Positions 10,790-20,703 of a stretch of 64,000 nucleotides of DNA are shown one piece after another. How positions within the stretch are numbered: position 1 is the first letter of the stretch; each line of letters starts with the position of its first letter. Under the pieces are notes generated by a model, which saw only the letters and a program-made list of their open reading frames with translations, made no database searches and was not told where the DNA came from. Origin of the DNA: an uncultured Gemmatimonadaceae bacterium (lineage in GTDB: Bacteria; Gemmatimonadota; Gemmatimonadetes; Gemmatimonadales; Gemmatimonadaceae); contig CAVVTZ010000011.1 of the NCBI GenBank assembly GCA_963751275.1, positions 192,001 to 256,000 of the forward strand, in the 5' to 3' direction. The translations under genes and the position numbers were made by a program.

Positions 10790-11400
10790 CCGACTGCCAG
10801 CAGAACGAGATCCGCGACCGGCTGCCCGAGTACGTGCATGGCACGCTCGGCGCGGCGGAGCGCGCGCGCGTGGAGGCGCACCTCGCGGGATGCGCGGCGT
10901 GCCGCGGCGAGGCGGCGTTGCTGCGCTCGATGAGCGCGGCGATGGCGCGGAGCGCGCCGGCGGTGGATGTGAAGCGCATCGTGACCGCGGCCAAGGCGGC
11001 GCGCGCGGTGCCGAAGACGCGGCCCGAGCTGGCGCAGATGCGCCGGCCGGTGCCGCAGGTCGTGTGGCGTGCGGCGGCGGCGGTGTTGTTCATGGTGGTG
11101 GGCGCGGCGGGGTACTATTTCGGCCGCGCGAATCCCGTGGGGACGTCGCCCGTGCAGGTGGCGGCGAATCCGACCGTCCAACTCTCGCGGCCGATGCCGC
11201 AGGCGCCGGCGCCGGTTCCGGCCGTTGCGCCGGCTCCCGCCCCCGCGCACGTTCAGCCCGCACCGGTGGGACTGAGTTTCGGCGGCGGCGAGGAGTTGTC
11301 GCCGGCGCAGGCGAGCAAGTTGATCAGCGATCTGGAGAAGAGTGCGCCGGCGATCGATCCCGAACCGGCGGCGGTCATCGATATCGAGGGCACGCGATGA
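10786..11400 (+). CDS. Zinc-binding anti-sigma factor (zf-HC2) with one TM helix
   Basis: HLAGCAAC motif, hydrophobic WRAAAAVLFMVVGAAGYY; ATGA overlap with the sigma gene. Confidence 0.85.
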   Translation: MTDCQQNEIRDRLPEYVHGTLGAAERARVEAHLAGCAACRGEAALLRSMSAAMARSAPAVDVKRIVTAAKAARAVPKTRPELAQMRRPVPQVVWRAAAAVLFMVVGAAGYYFGRANPVGTSPVQVAANPTVQLSRPMPQAPAPVPAVAPAPAPAHVQPAPVGLSFGGGEELSPAQASKLISDLEKSAPAIDPEPAAVIDIEGTR

Positions 11401-11918
11401 TGCGAACTTGGCGGCAAGCGTTCACGCTCCTCGCACTCGGCGGCGCCCTCGTGGCGCCGCTTGGCGCGCAAGCGAGCGACTCCGGCGCGGCACCGGGAGC
11501 GGGGGCCTCGCAATTCCGGCAGCGGATGGCGCAGATGGTGAAGCGCCAGCTGGGGCTCACCGACTCGCAGCTGGTGCTGCTGGGCGCCGTGAACCAGAAG
11601 TACGAGCAGAAGCGCTTCCTGCTGCTGCAGCAGGAGCGCGAGCTGCGCATCACCATTCGAGCTGAAGTGCTGCGCGGCGACCAGGCGGATCAGAAGCTCA
11701 TCGCGAAGCTGCTCGACCAGATGATCGGCGTGCAGCAGCAGCGGCTCCAGATACTGCAGAGCGAGCAGAAGGATCTCTCGGCCTTCCTCACGCCATCGCA
11801 ACGCGCGCAGTACCTCGGCATCCAGGAGCAGGTGCGCAAACGGCTCGCGAACATGCAGGGGGAGGGAGGCCAGGGGCGCCGCCGCCAGCCGCCGCCCCAG
11901 GGGGCACCGCCGCAGTAA
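11397..11918 (+). CDS. Periplasmic Spy/CpxP-like (LTxxQ) protein
   Basis: Signal peptide; LGLTDSQ and FLTPSQ motifs; Gln-rich helices. Confidence 0.75.
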   Translation: MMRTWRQAFTLLALGGALVAPLGAQASDSGAAPGAGASQFRQRMAQMVKRQLGLTDSQLVLLGAVNQKYEQKRFLLLQQERELRITIRAEVLRGDQADQKLIAKLLDQMIGVQQQRLQILQSEQKDLSAFLTPSQRAQYLGIQEQVRKRLANMQGEGGQGRRRQPPPQGAPPQ

Positions 11919-11929
11919 CAACGAGAACA

Positions 11930-12057
11930 GCATTTGACAGGATGAACATGATGGACAGGATGACAGCGCTTGCACACAGCGCTCACTCGCGTGAAGCGAA
12001 GTGAGCGCTGTGTTCGTTTGCAGTCATCATGCCCATCATGTTCATCCTGTCAAATGC
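11930..12057. repeat. Hairpin family C, copy 2
   Basis: GCATTTGACAGGATGAACATGATGG ... CCATCATGTTCATCCTGTCAAATGC, with inner stem 11974-11987/12000-12013. Confidence 0.95.
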
Positions 12058-12120
12058 GGTTTCCCACTCACGCTCCCCACTCGCGCGCGATGCGAGTTGT
12101 GACTCGGCATCCGATGCCAC

Positions 12121-13248
12121 ATGTTCACCGTCGCCATGCCGAGCCCGCCGAAGACGGAAAGACTGGTCGCCGCCGGCCTGCTGCTCGCGTCGCTGCTCGC
12201 GTTGCCTGGGGCGACACTCGCTCAAGAGGCGCGTGGCGTCGTCGTCTCTGCGCCCGCCGAGCTTCCGGTCGCGAGCGGGATCGTCGAGTTGCTCGACAGT
12301 GCCACGACCGTGGTCGCTCGAACGCTGTCCGGATCGGATGGGAGCTTCGCCGTCCTGGCGCCGCACGCCGGCGCATATCGCATCCGCGTACGCCGTGTCG
12401 GATTCCGGAGCACCGTGAGCGCGCCGTACGCGATCGGCGCGGGAGAAGTGATTCAGATCCGCCTTCAGGTGGCTGAACTTCCGATCGAGCTGGCTCCCGT
12501 CGTGGTCCTGGGGCAGCTCGAATGCAAGGCGGATCAGGGCGCATCGTCCGAGACGGCCGTGGTGTGGGAGGAAGCCCGGAAGGCGCTCACGCTCACCGCG
12601 CTCGCGAAGACCCAACGGCGCCTGGCGGTCACGTCGCGGCGCTATGCGCGCGACGTCACGGTCAGGGGAATGCGGATCAGCAACGAGCAATCGATGGTGA
12701 CCACCGGCGACAGCAGCGCGCTCTTCCGCACGGCAACGGCCGCGGTGCTGGCGCGTGACGGCTACATCCAGCAGCGCGACAGTTCGACGGTCTATTTCGC
12801 GCCGGACGCCGACGTGCTCCTGGACGACGTGTTCGCATCAACTCACTGTTTCCAGCTGGTGCCGGGGCCTCGAGGCGACCCGGAGACGATCGGCCTCGCC
12901 TTCACCCCGGGCGCCAATGACACGCTCGCTGAGGTGCGTGGCGTCCTGTGGCTCGATCGACGCACGGCGGCGCTCCGTTCGCTGACCTTCGGCTATGCGA
13001 ATCCCCCGCCCGGTGTGCCGGATGACTCGCTGATCGGGGGCCGTATCGACTTCTCGAAATTGGAGTCGGGCTGGTGGGTGGTGAGGAGCTGGGAACTTCG
13101 GATCCCCCTCGAAGTGGACGGCCGGAAGAAGCTGGTGATCAGCGCCGGCAAGGCGAAATGGATCTCCGCGTACAAGGCGACGCGCTACCGGCAGGTTGGC
13201 GGGGATTTGCTGGAGGCGAAGGAGATGAATGGCGCCCCTGATCACTGA
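12121..13248 (+). CDS. Secreted protein with carboxypeptidase-regulatory-like N-terminal domain
   Basis: Signal-like hydrophobic stretch, SDGSFAV..GAYRIRVRRVGF, later YFAPDADVLL..F..THCF. Confidence 0.75.
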   Translation: MFTVAMPSPPKTERLVAAGLLLASLLALPGATLAQEARGVVVSAPAELPVASGIVELLDSATTVVARTLSGSDGSFAVLAPHAGAYRIRVRRVGFRSTVSAPYAIGAGEVIQIRLQVAELPIELAPVVVLGQLECKADQGASSETAVVWEEARKALTLTALAKTQRRLAVTSRRYARDVTVRGMRISNEQSMVTTGDSSALFRTATAAVLARDGYIQQRDSSTVYFAPDADVLLDDVFASTHCFQLVPGPRGDPETIGLAFTPGANDTLAEVRGVLWLDRRTAALRSLTFGYANPPPGVPDDSLIGGRIDFSKLESGWWVVRSWELRIPLEVDGRKKLVISAGKAKWISAYKATRYRQVGGDLLEAKEMNGAPDH

Positions 13249-13290
13249 GTGGTCCCGCAGCGCGCGCTGCCGCAGTGAGAGCAAAGCAAA

Positions 13291-13417
13291 GCTTTGACAG
13301 GATGAACATGATGGACGGGATGACTGCACTTGAACATGTCGCTCACTTCGCCTCGCGCGAATCAGCGACATGTTCAAGCGCAGTCATCCTGTCCATCATG
13401 TTCATCCTGTCAAATGC
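13291..13417. repeat. Hairpin family C, copy 3
   Basis: GCTTTGACAGGATGAACATGATGGAC ... GTCCATCATGTTCATCCTGTCAAATGC, with inner stem 13329-13343/13364-13378. Confidence 0.95.
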
Positions 13418-13443
13418 AGTTCCCTACTCACCATCCACGCCCG

Positions 13444-13472
13444 TTGAGCTACGTCGCCACGCGTCGTAGATT
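13444..13472 (+). promoter_or_regulatory. Sigma70 promoter of tRNA-Leu
   Basis: TTGAGC-17 bp-TAGATT, 9 nt before the tRNA. Confidence 0.6.
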
Positions 13473-13481
13473 GCCCACCAC

Positions 13482-13565
13482 GCCCGGGTGGTGGAACTGG
13501 TAGACGCAGGGGACTCAAAATCCCCCGAGCTTCGGCTCTTGCGGGTTCGACTCCCGCCCCGGGCA
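13482..13565 (+). tRNA. tRNA-Leu(CAA), CCA not encoded
   Basis: GCCCGGG/CCCGGGC acceptor, D-loop GGAACTGGTAGAC, anticodon arm GGGGA-CTCAAAA-TCCCC, long variable arm, GGTTCGA T-loop, A discriminator. Confidence 0.96.
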
Positions 13566-13623
13566 CTCTGTTCGACGCAGGTCTCACATCCTGTCCGGAG
13601 CGTGACCCGGTGGCCCACCGATC

Positions 13624-16291
13624 ATGATCGACTCGATCGCCCAACTCACCGCGGCGCTCGCCGATCGGTATGTCATCGAGAAGGAGATCGGGGCCGGCGG
13701 CATGGCCACGGTCTATCTTTCGCGCGATCTGAAGCATGATCGCCCGGTCGCGCTCAAGGTCCTGAACCCGGAACTCGGCGCCATCCTGGGCGTCGAGCGG
13801 TTCCTCTCCGAGATCCGCGTCACCGCGAATCTGCAGCATCCGAATCTGCTCCCGCTCTTCGACAGCGGTGAGGCGGCGGGGCTGCTCTTCTACGTCATGC
13901 CGTTCGTCGAGGGCGAGTCGTTGCGCGTGCGGCTCGACCGCGAGAAGCAATTTCCGGTGGAAGACGCGGTGCGCATCTCCGTCGCCGTCGCGAACGCACT
14001 CGACTACGCGCACGCGCATGGCGTGATCCACCGCGACCTTAAGCCGGAGAACATCCTGCTGCAGTCCGGGCAGCCGATGATCGCGGATTTCGGCATCGCG
14101 CTCGCCGTGAGCAAGGCCGGCGGCAACCGCATCACGCAGACGGGCCTCTCGCTCGGCACGCCGCAGTATATGTCGCCCGGAACAGGCGACCGGCGACCGC
14201 GTGATCGATGGCCGCAGCGACATCTACTCGCTCGCCGCCGTCACGTACGAGATGCTCACCGGCGAGCCGCCGCACATCGGCAACACCGCGCAGGCGATCA
14301 TAGCGCGCGTGCTCACCGACCGGCCGCGCCCCATTCGCGCGACGCGGAGCGCGGTGCCCGAGAACGTCGAGGAGACGCTGTCGCGCGCCCTCGAGAAGCT
14401 CCCGGCCGACCGCTTCGGCACCGCGCATGAGTTCGCCGCATCGCTCGAAGGGCGGAGCGCCACGAGCGGCACGCGCGCCGCGGCCGCCGCTCCTCCGCCG
14501 GCGATGAGTTGGCGCGCGCGGCTGAGCGATCCGCTGGTGCTGGGACTCGGCGCGGCGCTCGTTGCGTCGCTTGGCGCGGCCGGATTCGCCATGCGCCGCG
14601 GCGACGCACCGGCGCCGTCCACGCGCGCGGTGCGCTTCGTCGTGTTCGCCGGCGACAGCGTGCGCCCCGCCAGCACCTTTCCGTGGCCGGCCGCCATCTC
14701 TCCCGATGGCGGCACGATCGTCTTCAGCGCCGTGCGTCCGCCCAAGGATCCAATGCTCTACGCGCTGCGCACCGATCAGCTCGAGGCGCAGCCGATCCCG
14801 GGCACCGAGGCGGCATTCCAACCGCTGTTCTCCCCCGATGGCCAGTGGGTGGAATTCGAGGTCACGGGCAAGGAGAAGAAGGTCCGTCTGGACGGCAGCG
14901 CCCCGGTGAACATCTCCGGCGGCGGATCGGCGAACGGTGCCGACTGGTCCACGCAGAACGAGATCATCGTCGGCTCACAGGGATCGATACGAGGCCTCGC
15001 GCACGTGAGTGCGGCCGGCGGCGATCTCGCGGTCCTCACGCATCCCGACAGCGCGCACGGCGAAATCGGTCACGCCTGGCCGATCGCCTTCCCTGACGGC
15101 AAGGTAGTCGCGTTCGTCATCTGGTACGGGGAGCTTTCGGCGTCGCAGCTGGCGCTCGCCTCCGTGGATGATGGCAAGGTCGTGCCCCTCGGCCTCAAGG
15201 GTGTGCGGCCGCTCGCCGTGTTGGACGGCCGGCTTGTCTACGTGCAGGCCGACGGCGCCGTCATGGCGGTGGCGATCGACGAGCGCGGCAAGCGCGCGGT
15301 CGGCCTCCCCGTTCCCGTCCACGACCCGGTGAACGTGCTCTCCGGGAACAACGGCAATTCGGACATCTTCGTCTCGAAGGGCGGCGCGCTCGTGGTCGCG
15401 CGCGGTGCGGACGCGGGAGAGCTCGGATGGTTCGATCGCGATCGCACCTTCCACCCGATCGTGAGGGATGCACGGGCCTTCTCCGAGCCGCGGCTGTCTC
15501 CCGACGGGAAGCGGGTGGCGGTCCTGATACAGAGCGGACAGGCCACGGACCTCTGGATCGAGGATCTCACGACGGCCACGCTGTCGCGCATCACATCCAT
15601 GGGATCGGTGAGTTGCGCCGAGTGGCGCCCCGATGGCAAGGACATCTTCCTGGTGAACTCGCGCAGCGAGTTCTACCTCCAGCCGGCGGAGGGCGGCACG
15701 CCGCCGCGCCAAGTGGGTCGGATGTCCGACCTCGCCACGTGCGGCACGATGAGCCCCGACGGCCGCTGGATCGTGGCGGATGCCTTGATCCAGAACACCT
15801 GGGACCTCTGGACCGTCGCTCGTGATTCCGGCGTCGCTCCGCGCGCGTACGTCACCTCACCGGCGACGGATTGGGGTGCGCATTTCTCGCCGGACGGCAA
15901 GTGGGTGGCGTTCAGCTCGGACGAATCCGGAACGTCGGAGGTATACGTTCGCTCCTTCCCTGACCCGTCCGCCAAAGTCCAGATCTCCGCCGGAGGCGGC
16001 TTGGCACCGATCTGGTCCCGCGACGGGAAGAGCGTCACCTACACGTTTGGCGAGGCGGTGATCCGAGCGCGCACCAGCGGGGCACCGAGCTTCCAGATCA
16101 TCTCGCGCGACACGGTCCTCACCACGGGCGGGAACATCGCCTTCGCCGCCGGGAACACGAACATCGACCTTTCCCCCGACGGGAACCGCATCCTCGGCGT
16201 TCGCCCGCTGCGCCGGGGGTCGCAGCTGATCGCCGTGCCCAATTGGATCGTCGAGTATCGCGAGCGGATCGCGGCCGCGGGGAAGAACTAG
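13624..16291 (+). CDS. Hanks-type Ser/Thr kinase with TM segment and TolB/PD40 beta-propeller (one apparent frameshift near 14177)
   Basis: GAGGMATV, VALK, HRDLKPEN, DFG, GTPQYMSP, then DIYSL; repeated SPDG motifs. Confidence 0.92.
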
Positions 16292-16401
16292 CGAGGCGGC
16301 GCGCTTGCCGCCGTATCGTGAGCGAACTTAACTTCTCTTGTTCGCACTGAGACGTTCGCCGGCGAAGTCCGCCGGACATACATAGTACGGAGCACCGCCT
16401 C

Positions 16402-17877
16402 ATGCCGCTTCGCCTTTCCGCGCGCCAGGCCGACCTCGCGTCGCTGGACGTTGCCATGCTCGCCATCGCGCTGCCCGCCGGCGCCACGATCGCCGGCCCG
16501 CTCGTCCCGCTCGACGCATCGCTGGGCGGCGCGCTCGACCGGTCGCTCACGCGGCGTGATTTCCGCGGCGGGCGCGATGAGGTCTTCCATCTCGTGGGCG
16601 CGAAGACGGGGCCGCAGCGCATCGTGCTCGTCGGCACGGGAACGCCAACTGACGCCACGGCCGCGCTCCGGCGTGCCGCTGCGATCGCCGCGCGCCAGGC
16701 GCGCGCGGCGGGTGCGACGTCGCTGGCATGGTACGACGGATCGACCAACGGCGCCGCGATCGAAGCGGTCGCCGTCGGCATCCAGATGGGCGCATGGGAA
16801 TTCAATGAGACCAAGACGCCGCCCCCCGAGGCCGACCGCCGCGCGAATCTAGAGAGCGCGGTGATCATCGCCGGCGGCGACGCGGCGAAGGCCGTCGCGA
16901 GCGGCGACGCGTTCGGCGAAGGGATCTCCCTCGCGCGGCGCCTCGCGATGATGCCCGGCAATCTCTGCACGCCCGAGTATCTCGCCGACACCGGCCGCGA
17001 GATCGCGAAGCGCCACGGGATGACGGTCACGATCCTCGGCCGCGCCGAGATGGAGAAGGAGAAGATGGGATCGTTCCTCTGCGTGGCGCAGGGGATGCCG
17101 GAGCAGGACCCGAAGCTCATCGTGCTCGAGCACCGCAAAGGCCCCAAGGGCGGCAAGCCGGTGGTGCTCGTGGGGAAGGGGCTCTGCTTCGACACCGGCG
17201 GCATCTCGATCAAACCCGCCGACAAGATGGAATACATGAAGTTCGACATGTGCGGCGGCGCCGGCGTGCTCGGCGCCATGGAGACGATCGGCCGGCTGAA
17301 CCTGCCGGTGAACGTGGTGGGTCTTGTGGGCGCGACCACCAACATGCCGAGCGGCACCGCGGTGAAGCCCGGCGACGTCGTGCGCAGCCAGCTCGGCAAG
17401 TACATCGAGATCATCAATACGGATGCCGAGGGCCGACTCGTGCTCGCCGATGTGTTGAGCTACGCGCGCCGCTTCACCCCCGCGGCGGTGGTCGACGCGG
17501 CCACGCTCACCGGAGCCTGCGTCATCGCGCTCGGTCACACGGCGAGCGGCGTGATGGGGAACGATGAGAAGCTCGTGCAGGAAGTGATCGCGGCCGGCAA
17601 GCGCGCGGGCGAGACGGGCTGGCACCTCCCGCTGTTCGATGAGTACAAGGAACTCATCAAGAGCGACGTCGCCGACATCAAGAATTCCGGCGGCCGCCCC
17701 GCCGGCGCGAGCAGTGCGGGAATGTTCCTGAAAGAGTTCACCGAGGAATATCCGTGGGTGCATCTCGACGTGGCCGGCACCGCGTACTCCGAGAGCGATC
17801 TCACCTGGCTGCCGAAGGGCCCGACGGGCGTTCCGGTCGGCTTCTTCGTGGAATTCGTCCGAGGGAGGGCCGGCTGA
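16402..17877 (+). CDS. pepA: Leucyl aminopeptidase (M17)
   Basis: GKGLCFDTGG, MKFDMCG, NTDAEGRL, HLDVAG. Confidence 0.95.
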   Translation: MPLRLSARQADLASLDVAMLAIALPAGATIAGPLVPLDASLGGALDRSLTRRDFRGGRDEVFHLVGAKTGPQRIVLVGTGTPTDATAALRRAAAIAARQARAAGATSLAWYDGSTNGAAIEAVAVGIQMGAWEFNETKTPPPEADRRANLESAVIIAGGDAAKAVASGDAFGEGISLARRLAMMPGNLCTPEYLADTGREIAKRHGMTVTILGRAEMEKEKMGSFLCVAQGMPEQDPKLIVLEHRKGPKGGKPVVLVGKGLCFDTGGISIKPADKMEYMKFDMCGGAGVLGAMETIGRLNLPVNVVGLVGATTNMPSGTAVKPGDVVRSQLGKYIEIINTDAEGRLVLADVLSYARRFTPAAVVDAATLTGACVIALGHTASGVMGNDEKLVQEVIAAGKRAGETGWHLPLFDEYKELIKSDVADIKNSGGRPAGASSAGMFLKEFTEEYPWVHLDVAGTAYSESDLTWLPKGPTGVPVGFFVEFVRGRAG

Positions 17878-19790
17878 CCGACACTCACCGCCCGCGGCGC
17901 CTCGCCGCGGGTCTGGTGTTCCTGGGCGCGTTCTTCTTCGCCGCGGTCGCGCAGGCGCAGGTGTCGCCGCCCGCGCCGCCCCCGGCGACTCCGCCGCCGC
18001 TCGTCCCCGCGCCGCCGTCGATCAATCCGGCGGAACCCGCATCGGTGCCGCACGACACCGCCGCCAAGGACACGACGGCGGACAGCCTGAAAGTGAAGAA
18101 GGATTCCATCGAGGCGCGCTTCGCCCAGGCCGAGAGCCCACAGCCGTTGGAGATCGGCGAGTCGTTCACCTGGGATCGCGCGCAGCTGTTCAACACCGGC
18201 GCGCTCACCCTCGTGGACATCCTCAATCGCGTGCCGGGCCTCACGGTGTTCCAGTCGGGGTGGATCGCGTCACCCCAGTACGTCGCCTATCTCGGCAACC
18301 CGGCGCGCGTCCGCATCTTCTATGACGGCGCCGAGATGATGGCGATCGGCAACAGCGTGAGTTATCCGCTCGACCTGGCCACGGTGCCCATCTGGTCGGT
18401 GCAGCAGATGACCGTCGAACGCGGCGCCGATGAGATCCGCGTGTATCTCACCACCTGGACCGTCACGCGCACCACCACGCAATCGCGCATCGACATCGTC
18501 ACCGGCGACCTCGGCACGAACATGCTGCGTGGCTTCTTCGGCACGCGCTTCCAGAACGGCATGGGCGTGCAGTTCGGCGGCCAGGTATTCGGGACGATCA
18601 ACAACGTCGTCATCGGCGGCGGTTCCGGGAACGACCTGATGCTGCGTGTGGGATGGGCGAAGTACGGCTGGAGCATCGAAGGATTCATCGAGCGCGCGCT
18701 CGCGACGCGCGATCCACAGATCGCCAGCGGCATCCCCATCTACGATTATCCGTTGCAGCTGGCCAACGGGATCCCGGGACAGAATGGCAACCGGACGTTC
18801 AGCTACGTGCGTGCGGGATTCGGGCAGCCGGACAGCGGACGGTGGTTCGCGCAGGTCACCGGCAACCAGCAGCAGGTCTCGCAATTGCTGGAGCCATCGC
18901 TTACCACTGGATATATCCCGACCGATTCGGTGCGCGTGTTCCAGTTGGCCTCGCAGATCATCGGCGCCGCGGGCGTCACGCTCGGGCCGACGCAACTCAG
19001 CGGGTCGGCGCGCTATCGCTGGCTGCCGCTCGGCACGAGCACGGAGTACACGGGGCGCCTCGGCTTCGGCACCAAGTTCCTCTCGCTGTCGGCATTCGCC
19101 GACTACGTGACCGACAGTGGCGGCATCACCGATCTCGCCGCGCGGATCAACCCGACGTCGTTCCTCGCGTTCGAGGGAGCGATCGGGTACCGGAGTGCCG
19201 CCGACAGCCTGGGGGGGGACGGCGTCTCCGGCCGCATCACCGCGGGCGTGCGGCTCGGGCGGGTCTGGATCCAGCTGGGCGCGATGCAGCGCGACGCCAC
19301 GGTGGTCCCCGGACTCGTCGCCTACGACACGGCGTACAAGTCGGCATCGGCGGCGTCCGCCACGGGGGAGATGATCTCCGTGCGGGGGAAGGTCGTGGAG
19401 GACGTCGGCGTCAACGCGTGGGTGGTGCGGTGGAGCTCGCCGGGGTGGTACCGCCCGCAGCTCCAGGCGCGCGGCGAGGTATTCCTCGATTCCGACTGGC
19501 TGAGCAAGTTCCCGAGCGGCCACTTCGGCTTCAAGGGTGCGTTCGGGGCGATGTACCGGAACGATGTGCTCTTTCCGACCGCGGCCGCGGTGGAAGTGAT
19601 CGACCCGGCCACGGTGATCGCGGTGCACAGCGCCGTGCTCTACACGAACGTCGAGGTGCGGATCATCGACGCGACGCTCTACTTCACCGCCACGTGGGCG
19701 CTCACGCCGCGTCCATACGAGTTGGTGCCGCAGTACGTGCAGCAGGCGCAGGTATTCACGTACGGGCTGCGCTGGCCCTTCTGGAATTGA
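17874..19790 (+). CDS. Outer-membrane protein with TonB-receptor-like plug and beta-barrel (start uncertain)
   Basis: Signal AVAQAQ, Pro-rich linker, plug-like TLVDILNRVPGL..RIFYDG..DL..VP..VERG, amphipathic strands, C-terminal aromatic residues. Confidence 0.6.
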   Translation: MTDTHRPRRLAAGLVFLGAFFFAAVAQAQVSPPAPPPATPPPLVPAPPSINPAEPASVPHDTAAKDTTADSLKVKKDSIEARFAQAESPQPLEIGESFTWDRAQLFNTGALTLVDILNRVPGLTVFQSGWIASPQYVAYLGNPARVRIFYDGAEMMAIGNSVSYPLDLATVPIWSVQQMTVERGADEIRVYLTTWTVTRTTTQSRIDIVTGDLGTNMLRGFFGTRFQNGMGVQFGGQVFGTINNVVIGGGSGNDLMLRVGWAKYGWSIEGFIERALATRDPQIASGIPIYDYPLQLANGIPGQNGNRTFSYVRAGFGQPDSGRWFAQVTGNQQQVSQLLEPSLTTGYIPTDSVRVFQLASQIIGAAGVTLGPTQLSGSARYRWLPLGTSTEYTGRLGFGTKFLSLSAFADYVTDSGGITDLAARINPTSFLAFEGAIGYRSAADSLGGDGVSGRITAGVRLGRVWIQLGAMQRDATVVPGLVAYDTAYKSASAASATGEMISVRGKVVEDVGVNAWVVRWSSPGWYRPQLQARGEVFLDSDWLSKFPSGHFGFKGAFGAMYRNDVLFPTAAAVEVIDPATVIAVHSAVLYTNVEVRIIDATLYFTATWALTPRPYELVPQYVQQAQVFTYGLRWPFWN

Positions 19791-19815
19791 TTACCGCGTT
19801 GCGGGAGGCTAAGTT
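19787..19815 (+). promoter_or_regulatory. Putative promoter of the yicC operon
   Basis: TTGATT-17 bp-TAAGTT; the -35 overlaps the upstream TGA. Confidence 0.5.
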
Positions 19816-19827
19816 ACAGGCTTGCGT

Positions 19828-20703
19828 ATGATACGGAGCATGACCGGATTCGGGAGCGCGACCGGCAAGGTCGGATCGCGGCCCGTCACGGTGGAAGTCC
19901 GCACCGTGAACCATCGATTCTTCAATCCGAGCATCAAGCTGCCGTCGCTCCTCGCCCGGTGGGAGGGCGAGACGCGGGAGTTGCTTCGTCAGGCGGTCAC
20001 CCGGGGGCACGTCACGCTGGTGGCGCGCACGGAGCGCGGGGCGGAGAATGCGCTCCAGATCGACGAGGCGCGCTTCGCGGATTACGTGTCGCGGTTGAAG
20101 GCGCTCGAGAAGAAGCACGGCTTGAACCCGACGCTCGACGTCGCGACGGTGCTGCGCTTGCCGGACGTACTCGCCTCGGACGCGCCGGAAGAGGAAGCGG
20201 GGAGCGGTGAACAGCTGCAGGCGGTGGTGCGGGAGGCGCTCAAGGCGCTGACTGCGATGCGGGAAGCCGAAGGAGCGCGGCTGGCGTCGTTGCTGGCCGA
20301 GCGGCTCGCGGTGGTGGCGGCGGCGTTCGAGCGGATCGCAGCGCGTGCGCCGGCTCGTCTCATCGCCGAGCGGGAGCGTCTGCAGGCGTCGGTGAAGGAA
20401 TTGGCGGGGGGTGTGGCGCTCGATCCCGCGCGGCTCGCGCAGGAGATCGCGCTCCTCGCCGACCGGCTGGATGTGAGTGAGGAGATCGACCGGTTCCGTG
20501 CGCATGTGCATGCCTTCCGCGACACGCTGTCGGGAGCGAGCGGGCCCGGCGTCGGGAAGCGGCTCGGGTTCCTGCTGCAGGAGATGCTGCGCGAGACGAA
20601 CACGACGGGCAGCAAGGCGCGCGACGCGGCGATGCTGCACGAGGTGGTGGCGGTGAAGGAGGAGTTGGAGAAGATCTCCGAGCAGGTGGAGAACGTCGAA
20701 TGA
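19828..20703 (+). CDS. yicC: YicC/YloC endoribonuclease
   Basis: SMTGFG, VNHRF, DVSEEIDRF, GKRLGFLLQEMLRETNT, EQVENVE. Confidence 0.93.
   Translation: MIRSMTGFGSATGKVGSRPVTVEVRTVNHRFFNPSIKLPSLLARWEGETRELLRQAVTRGHVTLVARTERGAENALQIDEARFADYVSRLKALEKKHGLNPTLDVATVLRLPDVLASDAPEEEAGSGEQLQAVVREALKALTAMREAEGARLASLLAERLAVVAAAFERIAARAPARLIAERERLQASVKELAGGVALDPARLAQEIALLADRLDVSEEIDRFRAHVHAFRDTLSGASGPGVGKRLGFLLQEMLRETNTTGSKARDAAMLHEVVAVKEELEKISEQVENVE

Noticed and set aside
11930..13417. Canonical integron attC sites
   Set aside because: Some copies have AAC..GTT near the ends, but they do not fit RYYYAAC/GTTRRRY and there is no intI. Kept only as an analogy.
13275..13469. Small proteins containing FDRMNMMD.. 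or SCPSCSSCQ (also at 9451, 11970, 63657)
   Set aside because: These are translations of the family C repeat arms, not independent genes.
13488..13739. 83-aa ORF overlapping the tRNA
   Set aside because: Translation of the tRNA-Leu sequence.
13482..16400. Prophage or genomic island integrated at tRNA-Leu
   Set aside because: No integrase, phage genes or duplicated tRNA 3' end found in the window.
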